A stretch of DNA of 64,000 bases from Azolla caroliniana (lineage: Eukaryota > Plantae > Polypodiophyta). The notes beneath the pieces were generated by a model, which was given only the letters and a program-made list of their open reading frames with translations, was not told the DNA's origin and did not search any database. Positions 51,239-64,000 of this stretch are shown piece after piece. Each line of letters starts with the position of its first letter. Position 1 is the stretch's first letter. Both the position numbers and the translations under genes were made by a program. The stretch spans positions 10,974,001-11,038,000 of the forward strand of contig JBHGNT010000006.1 in NCBI GenBank assembly GCA_043228905.1. Reading direction: 5' to 3'.

Positions 51239-54200
51239 ACACGATCGCAGTTTAGAGGATTCCTTAATCAGGTATGATTAGTCATTCAAATGCATCCTTC
51301 TCGATATCCCACCGATGCATCACGAGTGGGACTAGTAGGCGCTCTACTTAGTGGCATGACTTTGGCATGGTTCGCCCCAGTGTTAGAAAAAAACTCTCCC
51401 TTGTTAAATAATTTTGAAGAGTTTATTACCGAGTTTAAAGCCTGTTTTGGAGATAACGACAACGTTAGAACAACAATCAACAAAATCCGACGATTGAGCC
51501 AAGGTGAGCGGACGGCCTCGGCCTATGCTGCGGATTTCCGTCTTCTCGCCATCGATATTCCCTGGGATGACCGGGCACTAATGGAGCAATTTCGTTTTGG
51601 CCTACGTAATGATGTTAAAGATTTACTCTTAAATTTCCCTGAGGAGCCAAAGTCATTGACAGAAGCAATCAGTCGTGTGGTGCGATGCGATAATCGCCTC
51701 TTCGAACGACGTTCAGAACGTCAGTTCCAAATGGCACGGACAAGATCGGAGCCCACCTACGCTTCAATTGTAGCAAAGCCTTTCCCAAGGGAGTCATTCA
51801 ATATGTCTCCAACAAATATTCCGACTCCAATGGAAATCGAAACCACATGTCGTCGCAGACCACTATCAGAAGAAGAACTGGGGTGGACCGGGGCATATTG
51901 CAGTGAACTGCCCCCATCGGCCAAAAAGGCAGGTAAATCAAATAACCGCGAGTACTAATAGTACTAAACCCGAGTCTATTCCTCTAGGTGTGTCTAATAG
52001 TCCTAATAGCCCAAGCCTTTCAAACAAATTTGAAATCCTTAGTCAACTAAAAGAAGAGTTAAACGATTAAGTCCAGCCAAAATAGGAGTTGTTTGGTTGG
52101 ACAACCCTAGATCTGTGCAACCCATTACTGGTTCCATTTCCTCTAAGCAAGTTGGCAATGTGTTCTTAGCTCAAGTAATGGTTAGTACTAAAAGTACTCC
52201 TCCAGTATATGTCTTAGCACTCTTAGATTCCGAAGCCAACTCTTGCTTCATGGATAGGAATTTTGCCCAAGCTCATCAGATATCCCTAAAGAAACTCCCA
52301 TGACTAGCCTCTGTAGTAGTCATTGATGGTCGTCCCATTGCTTCGGGGAATATTATAGAAGAGTCAGAACTTGTTAATATTGTCCTAGATAACTTAGCAC
52401 GTGTTATATCATTTAATATAATTAGTATCCTAGAACATCCCATTGTTTTGGGATTACCATGGTTCGAATTACATAACCCAACCATAGATTGGAGAACAAG
52501 AGAAATACGGTGTCGACAAACCCGAGGATCTACTCATAAGATTGCAACCATTTCGCTACATCAGTTGCGTGAGGAAGGATGCAAGGAAGAAATGTTTCTC
52601 TTCGCAATATTAGTAAACCCCTACAGTATCAATAAAGAGGATTCCACCGTTCAACTTCCAAAGAAGTATCGTCATTATGCCGATGTGTTCGATAAAGTAC
52701 GAGCTAATACGCTTCCTCAGCATCGACCGTATGATTGCCCCATCGATTTACAACTGGGAAAAGAGGCACCATGGGGACCGATCTACAATTTTTCACCAAC
52801 CGAGCTAGAAATCCTTCGAGCCTATATAGAGGAGAATTTGACAAATGGTTTCATTCGACATTCGAAATCTCCAGCCGGCGCACCCATTTTCTTCGTCAAG
52901 AAAAAGGATGGATCACTTCGTCTCGTCGTAGATTACCGTGGGTTGAATAAAGTCACCATCAGGAATAGGTATGCACTTCCTCTTATCTCAAGTCTTTTAG
53001 AATGGATCAATGGTGCAAGGTTCTTCACAAAGATCGACTTACGAGGAGCATATAACCTCATACGGATCCGACTAGGAGATGAATGGAAGACTGCATTTTG
53101 CACTAGATATGGGCACTTCGAGTATACGGTCATGCCATTCGGCCTCACTAATGCGCCAACAGTCTTCTAGCACATGGCAAATGATATATTCCAAGATCTC
53201 TTGGATGATTTTTTGATCATCTATTTGGATGATCTACTGGTTTATTCAAAGTCCCAAGAAGAGCATGATTCTCATGTACTATTAGTACTAAAATGGCTTT
53301 GAGAACATGGTCTTTATGCAAAACTGGAAAAATGTAGTTTTGGGTGCAACCAGGTAGAATTTTTGGCCTATGTCATTTCCTCGGAAGGCATCTCCATGGA
53401 TGCAGCTAAGGTCAAAACGGTGGTAGAGTGGCAGACTCCGCGTTCGTTGCGAGATGTTCAATGCTTTTTAGGCTTTGCCAATTTTTACCGCAAGTTCATA
53501 CAAGATTACTCAAAGCTTGTTTTGCCTCTCACACAACTTACCAGGAAGGGAAAATTGTTCGTTTGGTCTGAAGAAGTGGACATTGCTTTTGAGAGTCTTA
53601 AGAAGACATTTACATCAGCTCCTATTTTAGCTCAAGTTGATCCAGAAAAAACATTCATCATTGAAGCAGACGCATCAGATTTCGCCTTGGGTAGCATTCT
53701 GTCTCAACAAGGCGATGATGAAAAGCTACATACTGTGGCTTTCCATTCATGCAAGTTTGACGCCACGGAAATCAACTATGAAATTCATGATAAGGAGCTA
53801 TTAGCAATAATGGACTCTTTTACGCAATGGAGGCATTTTCTAGAGGGGTCTTCTCATCAAGTCATCGTATTTAATGATCACAAAAACCTTGCCGACTTTC
53901 AGAATGCTCGTGTGTTAAATCGACATCAAGCTCGGTGGGCCCAATTCCTCAATCGTTTCGACTTCAAAATTACATATCGTCCGGGGAAGCAACAAGGGAA
54001 GGCAGATGCATTATCACGGCGTTCATATCTAGAACCACATCCCGGCGAGCCGGCTTTCGATAACCAAAAGCAAGTAATCTTGGGACCGACACGACTGCAA
54101 GCAACGCAAGTCTTCGGTATGCCCTTGGATTCCCACATTATCGATACCATACGTGAGGACTTGAAGACAGATGTTTTCGCTCAAGAAATTCTAGCACAAA

Positions 54201-56585
54201 TTGATCCCTCTCGAGCATCTTGTTCACAGTCGCAACAACCAGGTACGGACTATCGACAATTCGAATGTCATGATGGATTACTATTCTTTAAGAAACTCTT
54301 GTATGTTCCTAATGGTACTTGTTGCCTTCAAGTAGTCCAAAACTGTCATGACACATATACAGCTAGGCATTTTGCTAGTACTAAACCACTAGATTTAGTA
54401 CAACGATCCTTTTGGTGGCCCCATATGTGACAATTTGTCGAAGATTTTGTTAGAACTTGTGATACATGTTGCAGAGCAAAAATGCCAAGGCATCATCCAT
54501 ATGGTTTATTAGAACCATTACCAATTCCAAGCAAGCCATGGCAATCCATTGCCTTAGATTTCATCACAGATCTTTCGGTCTCTACGGAATTCGATGCGAT
54601 CTTAACAGTAGTAGATCGATATACGAAGATGACCCATTTCTTGCCATGTACTAAGGAAATCTCTAGTGAAGAAACCGCCGAAATTGTCATGCGTGAAGTA
54701 TGTCGGCATCATGGCCTTCCCGATAGTATCATCAGTGACCGTGGACCCCAGTTCGTCTTGAAGTTTTGGAAGCACCTCTTTAAAATGCTTAAGGTCACTT
54801 GTAACCTCTCCTCCGGCTACCACCCGCAAACAGACGGCCAAGCAAAAGGAGCAAATCAAATGCTAGAGCAGTATCTTCGGTGCTTTTTAAGCTATCATCC
54901 AGATGACTGGGCGGATATTCTCCACTTCGCCGAATTTGCATATAATAACTCTGTCCACTCATCGACAAAGGTGACACCATTTTATGTTTACACAGTGTTG
55001 TGGAGAAAACCATCCCTAGGAGGAATCGGTGAATAGTGTGCGTGAACCAGCCCTTACACGCAGGCACATGTTTTGATGTATCGTGCATAGTTAGGTACAG
55101 GTCTGCGATGTGAATATCCTAGGTAGCGCGTATGCATTAGGTAGGGAATCGAGGAGTATCTCTATCCAAAAGGACAGAGAATAAAAGTGATGTAACCGAC
55201 TATAACGTCTCTCTCTCATTGGGCTATAAAAGGAGAGGAAAGGGGACTGAGTGGGGGGGGGGTTGTGGAGGACGAACTACTGTCGGACTGGGACCGAGCT
55301 CTTCTCCTTTGTCTTTCATCGTTCTCTGCAGATTTTGGAAGGCTACCTTTGCTTCGTGGAAAGCCCGAGTGCTTCCGGCAGAGGCTCCATCTCGTGTTGT
55401 CCATGTGCATTGTGTGAGTTGGTGTAAGTGCGTTGACGCTTACCGGCTAGCCGGTTGTCACTTTGATCATAAGTATATATTTGCCTTATTCGTTGTTCGA
55501 TCTTCGTTGTGAGTTCTCTGTGTATTTGTGCGTGCGGCTCGACTGTGGTTTCGTGTCGCTCCTCCCTTCGTTCGGTTATTCCCCGGTTCAGGGTCCCCAC
55601 GGTCTCGCCTAGGTTTCTCTTGCTCGTGCAAAATAACACGACAACGGGTTGTCACCCCCGGTGGTGTGTATTTGAAACCCCAGAGTTACCTACAAATCCT
55701 TGTGCAGAGGATCGTTTGGAGCGGCTACGTAAGATACAAGCGGATTTATCTACTCATCTACAATAAGCTCAACAAACACACAAGGTTTACGCGGATCGTC
55801 ATCGGCTTCCATCCAGTTTTGACATTGGAGATAGGGTGTGGCTACTACGACGACACATCAAGACTACTCGGCCATGCGAGAAGTTGGATTACCGACGATT
55901 AAGTCCTTTCTGTATTATCGGAAAAATTAATGATGTCGATTTTCGTCTCGATCTACCTCCACAACTTCAGATACATCCGATGTTTCATAGTTCTCTCCTC
56001 GAACCCTATCAAGACAGCACCATCCCAGGTCGTATTAAACAACCTCCACCCCCGATTGAGCTTGAAGATGGACCTGAGTACGAGGTTGCCGCCATTGTCG
56101 ATTCCAAGATTGTTCGCAACAAGATCTACTATTTAGTCAATTGGCTAGGATATAGTCCTAGCAAGCGTTTGAGAACCTATAGAGAATGTGACCAATGCTC
56201 GTTCTCTTCTTGAAGACTTCCATCGTCAATATCCAGACAAACCGGGTCCTCAATCCAAAACGACTCGTGACACTCGTCGTTTTAAAGGGGGGATAGTGTC
56301 ATGATGTGGCAAGACTCGAACCCATGATCTTTTGTTACATGGGTTGAGCTCTTACGATTAGGCTATTTAATATGAAAGATATTATTTTCATTTAAGTTTT
56401 ACTATAGAAAATTGATGTATATTCCAGATTTCTTTGGAATATTCTAGAAACTTCAGGAGTACTCCTGAGAACACTATAAAAGGAGGCACAAGGCATTATT
56501 TCGAACCAAATCGGTTCAACGCCAGTCTTAAGCCTCATAGCTACTATTGTATATTCCCTTAACATAATATATATCTTTTGTTATC

Positions 56586-56616
<31 letters not shown>

Positions 56617-56746
56617 ACTCACTCTCTCCTTCTCTCGAGAGTTCTACACCTTCCTTAGTACTAATCCTCATCTCTTAGTACTAATTCCTTCTCTGTTTTA
56701 GTACTGTTCATGACAATACTTCTCTGTCTTAGTACTGCTCATGACA
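51239..56746 (+). mobile_element. Ty3/gypsy chromovirus (Tcn1-like), 5'-truncated and degenerate
   Basis: gag TRSQFRGFLNQ to 51958; protease ALLDSEANSCF; [11 protein letters not shown] and [12 protein letters not shown]; RNase H EADASDFALG; integrase IALDFITDL and SDRGPQF; chromodomain EYEVAAIVDSK..YYLVNWLGY; PPT AAAGGGGGGATAG 56284-56296; 3' LTR 56297-56746 (TGTCATGA...TCATGACA). Confidence 0.93.
54996..55643 (+). mobile_element. Solo LTR (648 bp) inserted in the chromovirus integrase
   Basis: TGTTGTG...CACGACA termini; TATAAAAG at about 55225; flanks ACAG/ACGG (imperfect 4-bp TSD). Removing it restores TPFYVYTGCHPRW. Confidence 0.88.
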
Positions 56747-59112
56747 TTGCCCTATCGAGCACCTTTGTTTCCATCCGTGAAGCCGTGATAAAGGGGTTGC
56801 CCGAGAATCATGAAATGTGAGACCTCATCTTGCATGAAGAAATTTTGGTCAATCTCCACATCTCTGATCTTCACCCTCACATCCGGACAAGCCGCAAATA
56901 GGTCTTCCGTTGATTTAGTGGCTGCCCGAATCTTCCATCCATGACTGGTGTTAATAGGCCACTTCCCCTTCTGGTAGAACTCCTTAGACATCAGATTGAT
57001 CTCTGATCCATGATCAATCAATGCAACTACAGGCTCTTTGATGTTTCCAATTCGAACCGGAGTCTCGGTAGTCGCTTGTGCCCAGTGTGAGTTTGTGTAG
57101 TGAGAGTTTTGACTCTCATCCTCCACTTCTGTGTCGTTCATTACGGTATTCACATTCACCCTTGGAGCATTCAATTCTTCCGTAGCTTGCCTCTTTCTCT
57201 TCACGAGGTCCACAAGGAGATCGTGGAACTCTTTCTTTGCTATTTCGAGCAATTCCAAAGAGAAAATTCCACCCAACTATCAAGGATTCTCTCTTCAAAC
57301 ACCTTCTTTAGATCCGTCTGTTGTTCGATATCCGACGCGAGTTTGAATGCCGGACTCGTTTTCCCTTTTCCTTTTCCTTTGGAATTCCAGCTCTCCAGTG
57401 TCTTCGATGGTCTGGTCGCATCATCCGTGCGCCATTGTTTCTCATCTACATAAAACTCATGTAATTCGCATAGGGCGCAAACGTTATTCTTGTCTACGAC
57501 ACACTCCCATCCCGTAGCTTCTCGGATTCCTTCCGTGGTGCTTCGGATCTCATCCAAAGACGACTTCACTCTAGATGTTTCTCCCACACGTATTTCCGCG
57601 GTCGTCGCATAATTGCTTTTTGCCATAATCTCCTCCTCTAGGACCTTCTTCATGCCGCCCTTTTGGAAGTTCAGTCGAAGTGGCTTCCGGGAGTCCATTG
57701 AATGGATCCGATTTCCCTCGTAGTAGATGAGATATCGTCGTAGAGCCTCGTGCTCATCGCAATCTTTCCAATCATGTTTGGTGCTATTACACCATATGCA
57801 TCGATGGTCCATATACTTGGAACTCGTGGGACAATCTTCCAATTTCTTCATCATTGCAATCTTGATATTTTCCATCTCTTTCAGCAATTGCTCCACCGTG
57901 GTCGCCTCAATTCCCTTTTTGATCATAGTCTCTCGAGGTCGTGGTTGGTGATCTTTCAATCCGGGTCTTGGTCTCAAGATTGGTTCCAAAATTCTCTTTT
58001 CTTCATTACCGAGCCATTGCCCCCTCTTTGTGTATCGCGCGACGATATCCCACACGTTTTCCGATGTATTGGTGAGGCCACTCTCAGTAGTTGTATCCTC
58101 TAGAAGTACTCCAAGATCTTTCCGGTCCCGAACGTCCACGACTCGTAAGAACATGATCACTTTGTCTGGTGCGAGGATAGCTTGATCTCTCGCAGACAAC
58201 CTCCCGAATCGACTTTCGAATGTCGAAAACACATCCAGGACCTTCAGCCCCTTGTCCGGTGTTTCCACCCAATCTTTGAATCCTCTCCGTGTTGCCTTGG
58301 AGGAGTTCTCGATAGCTAATGTGGTCTTCAATGCTTCTTTAAACGCCGCCCACGTCAGATTTTGAAGTCAATCAGCAACCACTCGATTGAAGGATATCAC
58401 TTGCAATCCTTCTGGTATTCCACACTGTAACATCTCTACCTTGTAGTCCCGCAAATAACGTGACACATCCTTCCCATTGAATTGCTCGTTCCGTTGCATG
58501 AGCCGCGCCACTATCGTCGCAATCTCTGACATCGCACGTTATTCTTGTAGCATCCGCTCGAACATCGTCATCATGTTGCTAGGCTCTTGTTAATTCTCCA
58601 GCTGCGTGCCACCCGTTTTCACGTCGGGTTCACCAAATGTGTCGTGCCTTTCAGCGCCGGATCGTTGCGTGAGTCGGGTGGAATTGCTGGGGTTTTGTAC
58701 TAGGAAGAGGAGAGTTTTAAGGCTAATAAGAATATAAATAGATTATAAGAAAGAGAGATAGGAATTCGTGAATCCCACGAATATAGTGATCTAGTTTAAC
58801 TTAATATTTAAAATCATAGTAATAAATTGAAATTGTTTAGAATAGATTAGAATAGATTGAGAAAAGAGATCAAAACTTGTGAATCCCACAAGTATTATGT
58901 TAATCAATATTTACATCGTAATAAAAAACCCAAGAATCAACAACCTTATTACAATTTGCTGCCCATCCTTATATAGTGATGAGAGAGTCTTAGCAATCCA
59001 TGCTTTTTCTATCTATAGACTATATGCTTTCTCTACCATGCTTTTTTCTAACTGCATGCGTTTTTTTCCGACTATAATAGTGTTCATGCACCCTAGATGT
59101 GCACGTGTAGCC
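56747..59112 (-). mobile_element. Gypsy family B-related element, 5' part (partial LTR, tRNA-Trp PBS, gag, protease)
   Basis: LTR 58640 to about 59112, homologous to family B; PBS TGGTGAACCCGACGTGAA on minus 58618-58635; gag 57240-58600 with CIWCNSTKHDWKDC knuckle; protease ALIDHGSEINLM (56752-57276). Confidence 0.88.
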
Positions 59113-59900
59113 GACTTCTTCAGTCGACCCGGCTCCCTTTTTCTTCTTGTCTCCCCCTGTTTTGGTCTTTTCCTCCTCTCCGGCTACATTGTCGGTGCCT
59201 CTACCAATTCTCCTGGTTCCTGTTCCGGTTCTCCCCCTCAAGTGCGGCATGTCGAGATGCTGCAACCCAAGCATCTCCGAAAAATGTTGCAACTTGTCCG
59301 ATATGAGGGGCTTGGTGAAGATGTCGACAACCTGCCGATTGGTTCGAACATATCAAAGTTCGACTTCACCGCTCAAGACCCGCTCGCGCATAAAGTGATA
59401 ATGCACTTCTATGTGCTTCATCCAAGCATTGAACACTAGGTTTTTGGCGAGCTGAATGCTACTAATGTTGTCGTAGTAGATTGGGATCAGATTTGGTACT
59501 GCAACAGCCATTGAAGCCAAATGCCTTCACATGTCGCAATAGTAGCTCCATGGTACTCAGCCTCAATGCTCGATAGAGCCATTGTCGGCTACTTCTTCCT
59601 ACTCCACACAATAGTCACGCTCCCGAGAGAGAACATAAAACCGGAGGTGGACAGACGATCTGATGCATCACCGGCCCTGTTGGCATCTATATAACCAACT
59701 AGTTTTTCGGTTATACCATGTTGGTATTATAGTCCTCCATCCTTAGTGTCACTCACATATCTAAATAATCGATGCACGAACTGAAGGTGCTCAACGATTG
59801 GCTTCTGCATAGATTGACTGATCACTTCAATCGAATAGTTGATGCTAGGTTGGGTGATTGTCAAATATGTAAGGCTTCCGACAATTTGTCGAAACCGTTT
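59113..59900 (-). mobile_element. Ty1/copia RT end / RNase H fragment
   Basis: Minus-strand RFRQIVGSL and HYHFMRERVL...DIFTKPL...HFSEMLGL. Confidence 0.8.
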
Positions 59901-59920
59901 ATATTAGAGACATGAACTAA

Positions 59921-60357
59921 TGTAAGCATAAAATAATGATAAAAGATAGATCTAGATAGAAAGTAGAGAGAGAAAGACGGGTGCCGATCCACCCGACCAC
60001 CCCCAAGCGAAGGGATCGAGATGGAATCGAGCCTCGATCGGTGTCTCATACCACCGCCGTGGCGTCGAGTCGTACTTGGTGCTGGGGCGCTCGCTACAAG
60101 AGTTGACCAACCACAAGACAGAGTCTCGACGTAGTCAACAAGATGATCAAATGAGGGTAGCTAGGCCTCTTATTTATAGCGATACCCAAGGCCCCCAGGC
60201 AAGTTCCCACTTGGCCTAATGGGTTGTCTCAATCTCGAGGATTAAAAGTAATCCTCTCCTTCTTTACACTCTCGTTTAACCCTCACACTTATCCACGTGT
60301 ATAGAATACTACGGTAAATTCTCACCACACAGATATTATATGGTCATGCGCGTAACA
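59921..60357 (-). mobile_element. Family C LTR (437 bp), solo; template for the fold-back element
   Basis: TGTTACGCGCATGACC...TATGCTTACA on minus, with a TATAAATA box. High identity to the arms of 49587-50227. No TSD or PPT at the flanks. Confidence 0.88.
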
Positions 60358-63300
60358 TTAGGGAAGTTAGTTCTGAGAGTATTTTCGCGTTCCCATGTGG
60401 CATCTTTTATTGATTTATCCATCCATTTTATTTTAAATTCTCGGATTTCTTTAGTACGTAATTTTTTTGTTTTAACATCAAGAATTCTTACTGGTACATG
60501 TGGCTAACAATAAAATCCATGGATATACTTTCCCACTTATTATTGGCAATGTCCAAAGGATGTAAAAGTCCTACGGCTTTAAGTCGCTCGGCTTTGTTAA
60601 CCTGACATTGGTGACATTTAGTCACATAGCTATGTATGTCAGGACGCATCTTAGGCCAATAAAATTGAGTGGAGATGAGATCGAGTGTACAATGTATTCC
60701 AGGGTGCCCCGTAGAGGGTGCATCATGGCATTAAAAAAGAATTCTCTTTTTGACCTCAGGCAAATCTGGAACACAAACCTTCCCATTACGGTAGAGCTGA
60801 CCGTTAGCAATGTGGAAGGATTCCTTCGAGGATGTGGTGGTGTCTATTCTAGACTCAACTCTTGCCTAGTATTTCACAAAATAACTATCATCAGGATACT
60901 TTCCACGAAGGTGATCATAAAGATCTGATGTTATTTCAGTGAAGCTAAGCATGTTAACTTTAGAGATGCGACTTAGTGCATCAGCGACAGTGTTCATGGA
61001 ACCTTTACGATATCGTATGGAAAAACCAAAGTCCTGGATGAGATCAGCCCATCGTGCCTTACGACCTTTCAGGTCTTGTTGGTCACAAAAATATTTCACG
61101 GACTCGTGGTCCGTAGTTACCACAAAGCGATTTCCATAAAGATAATGGCACCATGTTTTGAGGGTATGTATAACTGCAAATAATTCCCTTTCTTGAACGG
61201 TATACCGACATTGAGCAGAATCAAGTTTCTTACTGTCGAATTCTATTGGTTTACCATCTTGATATAAGACCACCTATAGCATAATCTCTTGCATTGGTTT
61301 CAACCTCAAAAGGTTTTGAAGGATCGGGTAAAAGAAGTGAAGGGGCCTTGCATACCAGGTCCTTGAGTTCCTTAAAGGCGAGGTCTACTGTAACATTCCA
61401 GACAATAGGTTTTGTAGACTTACGCGTTTGACCTTTTAGAAGATCAGTAAACGGCGTCATCAATTGGGAGTAATTACGAAGGGATTTTCGCAAAAACCCG
61501 ACAAAACCAAGGAATGATCGAACTTCTCGAATATTTCGAAGAGTGGGCCAAAGCTTAATTTTCTTGATGCGAGAAGGATCAATTTCAACTCGTTCGGTTA
61601 TGAGATGTCCAAGATAAGTAATTGATTTCTTGAAGAACTCACATTTTGAGATCTTCGCATAAAACTTTTGGCACGCAATGTTTGTAAAACAAAGCAGATA
61701 TGTTTAGCATGTTCTTGTAATGTACGCCTATAAACTAAAATATCATCCAAGAAAATAATGACAAATTTTCCAAGTTGTTCTCGGAAAATGTCATTCATTT
61801 CTTGTTGAAATGTAGTCAGAGCATTGGTCAAACCAAAAGGCATAACCAAAAACTTATAATGGCCATAGCGCGTACGAAATGCCGTTTTATGAACACCGTC
61901 CTCACTTATACGTATTTGATGGTAGCCAGTACGGAGATCAAGTTTCGTAAAATACCGAGCTCCCTAGAGACGGTCAATTAGATCGTCAGCCCGGGGCAAT
62001 GGATACGAATTCTTGATCGTCACTTTATTCAAGGGTCGGTAATTAATACACATACGCCATGTGCCCTCTTTCTTTTTAACCAAGAGAACTGGTGCACCCC
62101 ATGGAGATTTACTATAACGTATATAACCCATTCGTAAATAGTCCTTGAGTTGCTTAGATACCTCATCCTCTTCGGATCGACTTAAGTGATAAGGAGGTAT
62201 ACTTATTGGTGCAACTCCAGGTACAATATCTATACGATGGTCTATATTACGTTTAGGAGGTAACCCATCTGGTAGTTCACTCGGAAAAACATCACGAAAA
62301 TCATTTAAGATTTCATCAAGTTGTTGTTGTTCAAAATATGTTAATTGAACCAAGACATTATCGATATTGTAAACGTGAATGTCCGGATCAAGTACACAAT
62401 AAAATAGACTAGAACAAGACAACTCGGATATTGATGGAGAGGAAACAATTGAGAGGGATTGTTTTTTTACACATTGAATAAAATGAGGACAATTGTTCAG
62501 TACAAATGTAATTGAATGATGAACCCAATCAATAGATAAAGAAGAGTTTTTATTATAAAACCAGGGATAACCCAGTATTACATCGGTGGTACAAAGATTC
62601 ATTACATGGCAGTCTACTTCCTCTATATAAGTGTCAATAGAAATTCCTAATGAATGAATCGCCCCGTTGATGTATTGTACTCTTCCATAAGCCAAGTGCA
62701 CCGTATAGGTGTGATCACTTACGGTGGGTTGGATTCCCTATATCTAAACCAAACGATCATTCACAAAGTTGTGTGAGTTTCTCGAATCAAACAAAAATTG
62801 TACGGGTGATCCATTGATATACTTGTTTGCACGTAGTAAATCATTGGGACCCAATACATAGTGAGGGAAAGAACATTGACAATTACTTAAATGATGTGTA
62901 TATACCTAAAGGACATTAGGAATCTGACCTTTATGGTTTGCAGCTTTAGCTTTACTGTCATGCTCTTTCCGTTGGAGGTTTCGACATTGCTCTTTTGTAT
63001 GACCCATCTTTTTGTAGAATACACAAAAAGGATTTTGGATCCTTATCGTGCACTATCCAGTGATAGTCCGAATTGGGTATGCCATTGACAAAACAAGAAT
63101 TAACCAATTGTCCCCTTCTAGACCCGATTTTTGGATTTGGGTTCTAGCATGGTGGACATAGTCTTCTAGCAAAGAAAATTTCTTGCTAGAGACGTTCATT
63201 AAAGCTTGAGCTGCCTCAGTTCGAGAGGGAGGTTGCAGAAATTGGCCCTTAAAAATTGTGACAAAATCTGTCCAAGTATCAGGCAATTTCCCCAAAGATC

Positions 63301-63800
63301 GGAGCCCACACCACTAGGCGGCAACCTTACCCCCTAGTTCTCGGTTGACATATGCAATCTTCGTACTATCTGGCATGGGATGGAGCTCAAAATGAGACTC
63401 CTATTGGCCCAGCCACATGCAGATTGCTTCTTCGGTTCTTTCCTTTTTTTCTTCCCGTAAATGGCTTAACGACAAACGATGGGTCACCCTGTCGCTCATC
63501 AAGTCTATTAGTCTCACGTTGTAAACTAATGACACGTGCCTCGAGAGCACTTTGAGATTGCCAAAGTTCGGTCATCTGTTGAGCGGTGAAACTAAGGTAT
63601 TGGGTTATTTGCGAAAAATACATCTCAATGGACATTTGTCTAGGAGGATTTTCTTGAGTTCCTTCCGCTTGAGTGGATGACATAGGGTCGTTATTTTGAG
63701 CCATTGAATGGTTATTTCTGGCAAAAAAATAGGATAAGGTCAGACAAATAGTCATAACATCATGTCGTGATGTAAAGATATCATGGGCAAACATTAATCA
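60358..63800 (-). mobile_element. Ty3/gypsy chromovirus internal region, degenerate, integrase core deleted
   Basis: gag remnants 63053-63794; [15 protein letters not shown]...[13 protein letters not shown] and VMPFGLTNA...FLDDILVY; RNase H YTVQERELFAVIH; integrase Zn finger at about 60600-60750 joined to chromodomain KIKWMDKSIKDATWERE (60360-60500). Confidence 0.9.
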
Positions 63801-64000
63801 ATATCATTATCTCACGTCAATACCCCTCTAGAAGTATGAGATGAGGTTCAAGATCAGGTTACTATGGTAACACAAAGGTGTTTTAAAAACCATGGGGGTG
63901 ACAAATAAATGTCTTTCCCTGATCTCTATATCGATTTTTTCATGGCGGCTCCCTGAGGCTCAACCATGTATGTCCACGTCATGAGTAGTTTATACACGAA

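Noticed and set aside
59921-60357. Family C LTR as the 3' LTR of the adjacent chromovirus
   Set aside because: It abuts chromodomain codons with no PPT, so it is better read as an independent insertion; the flanks (ACTAA/TTAGG) give no TSD.

Overview
Eukaryotic, TE-rich land-plant nuclear DNA. A seed-free vascular plant such as a fern is plausible from the TE lineages, but that is inference. One intact 15-exon host gene, a NACK1/HINKEL-type kinesin-7 (34464-42388, +, about 957 aa), sits in an island of about 20 kb between two nests of degenerate LTR retrotransposons (Ty1/copia, chromoviral Ty3/gypsy, and tRNA-Trp-primed gypsy), with LINE fragments and two hAT elements. Four observations stand out. 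(1) An apparently intact autonomous hAT (18309-23473; perfect 20-bp TIRs, perfect 8-bp TSD, complete DDE transposase) carries an antisense passenger exon encoding a Q/G/S/Y-rich prion-like domain. (2) A fold-back element built from two inverted copies of one LTR's 5' half has its own 5-bp TSD (49587-50227). (3) A tRNA-like A-box/B-box module lies antisense in the LTRs of three gypsy families. (4) Both hAT elements inserted at LTR TATA boxes. All calls were made by eye from the sequence and ORF track; no database searches were run.
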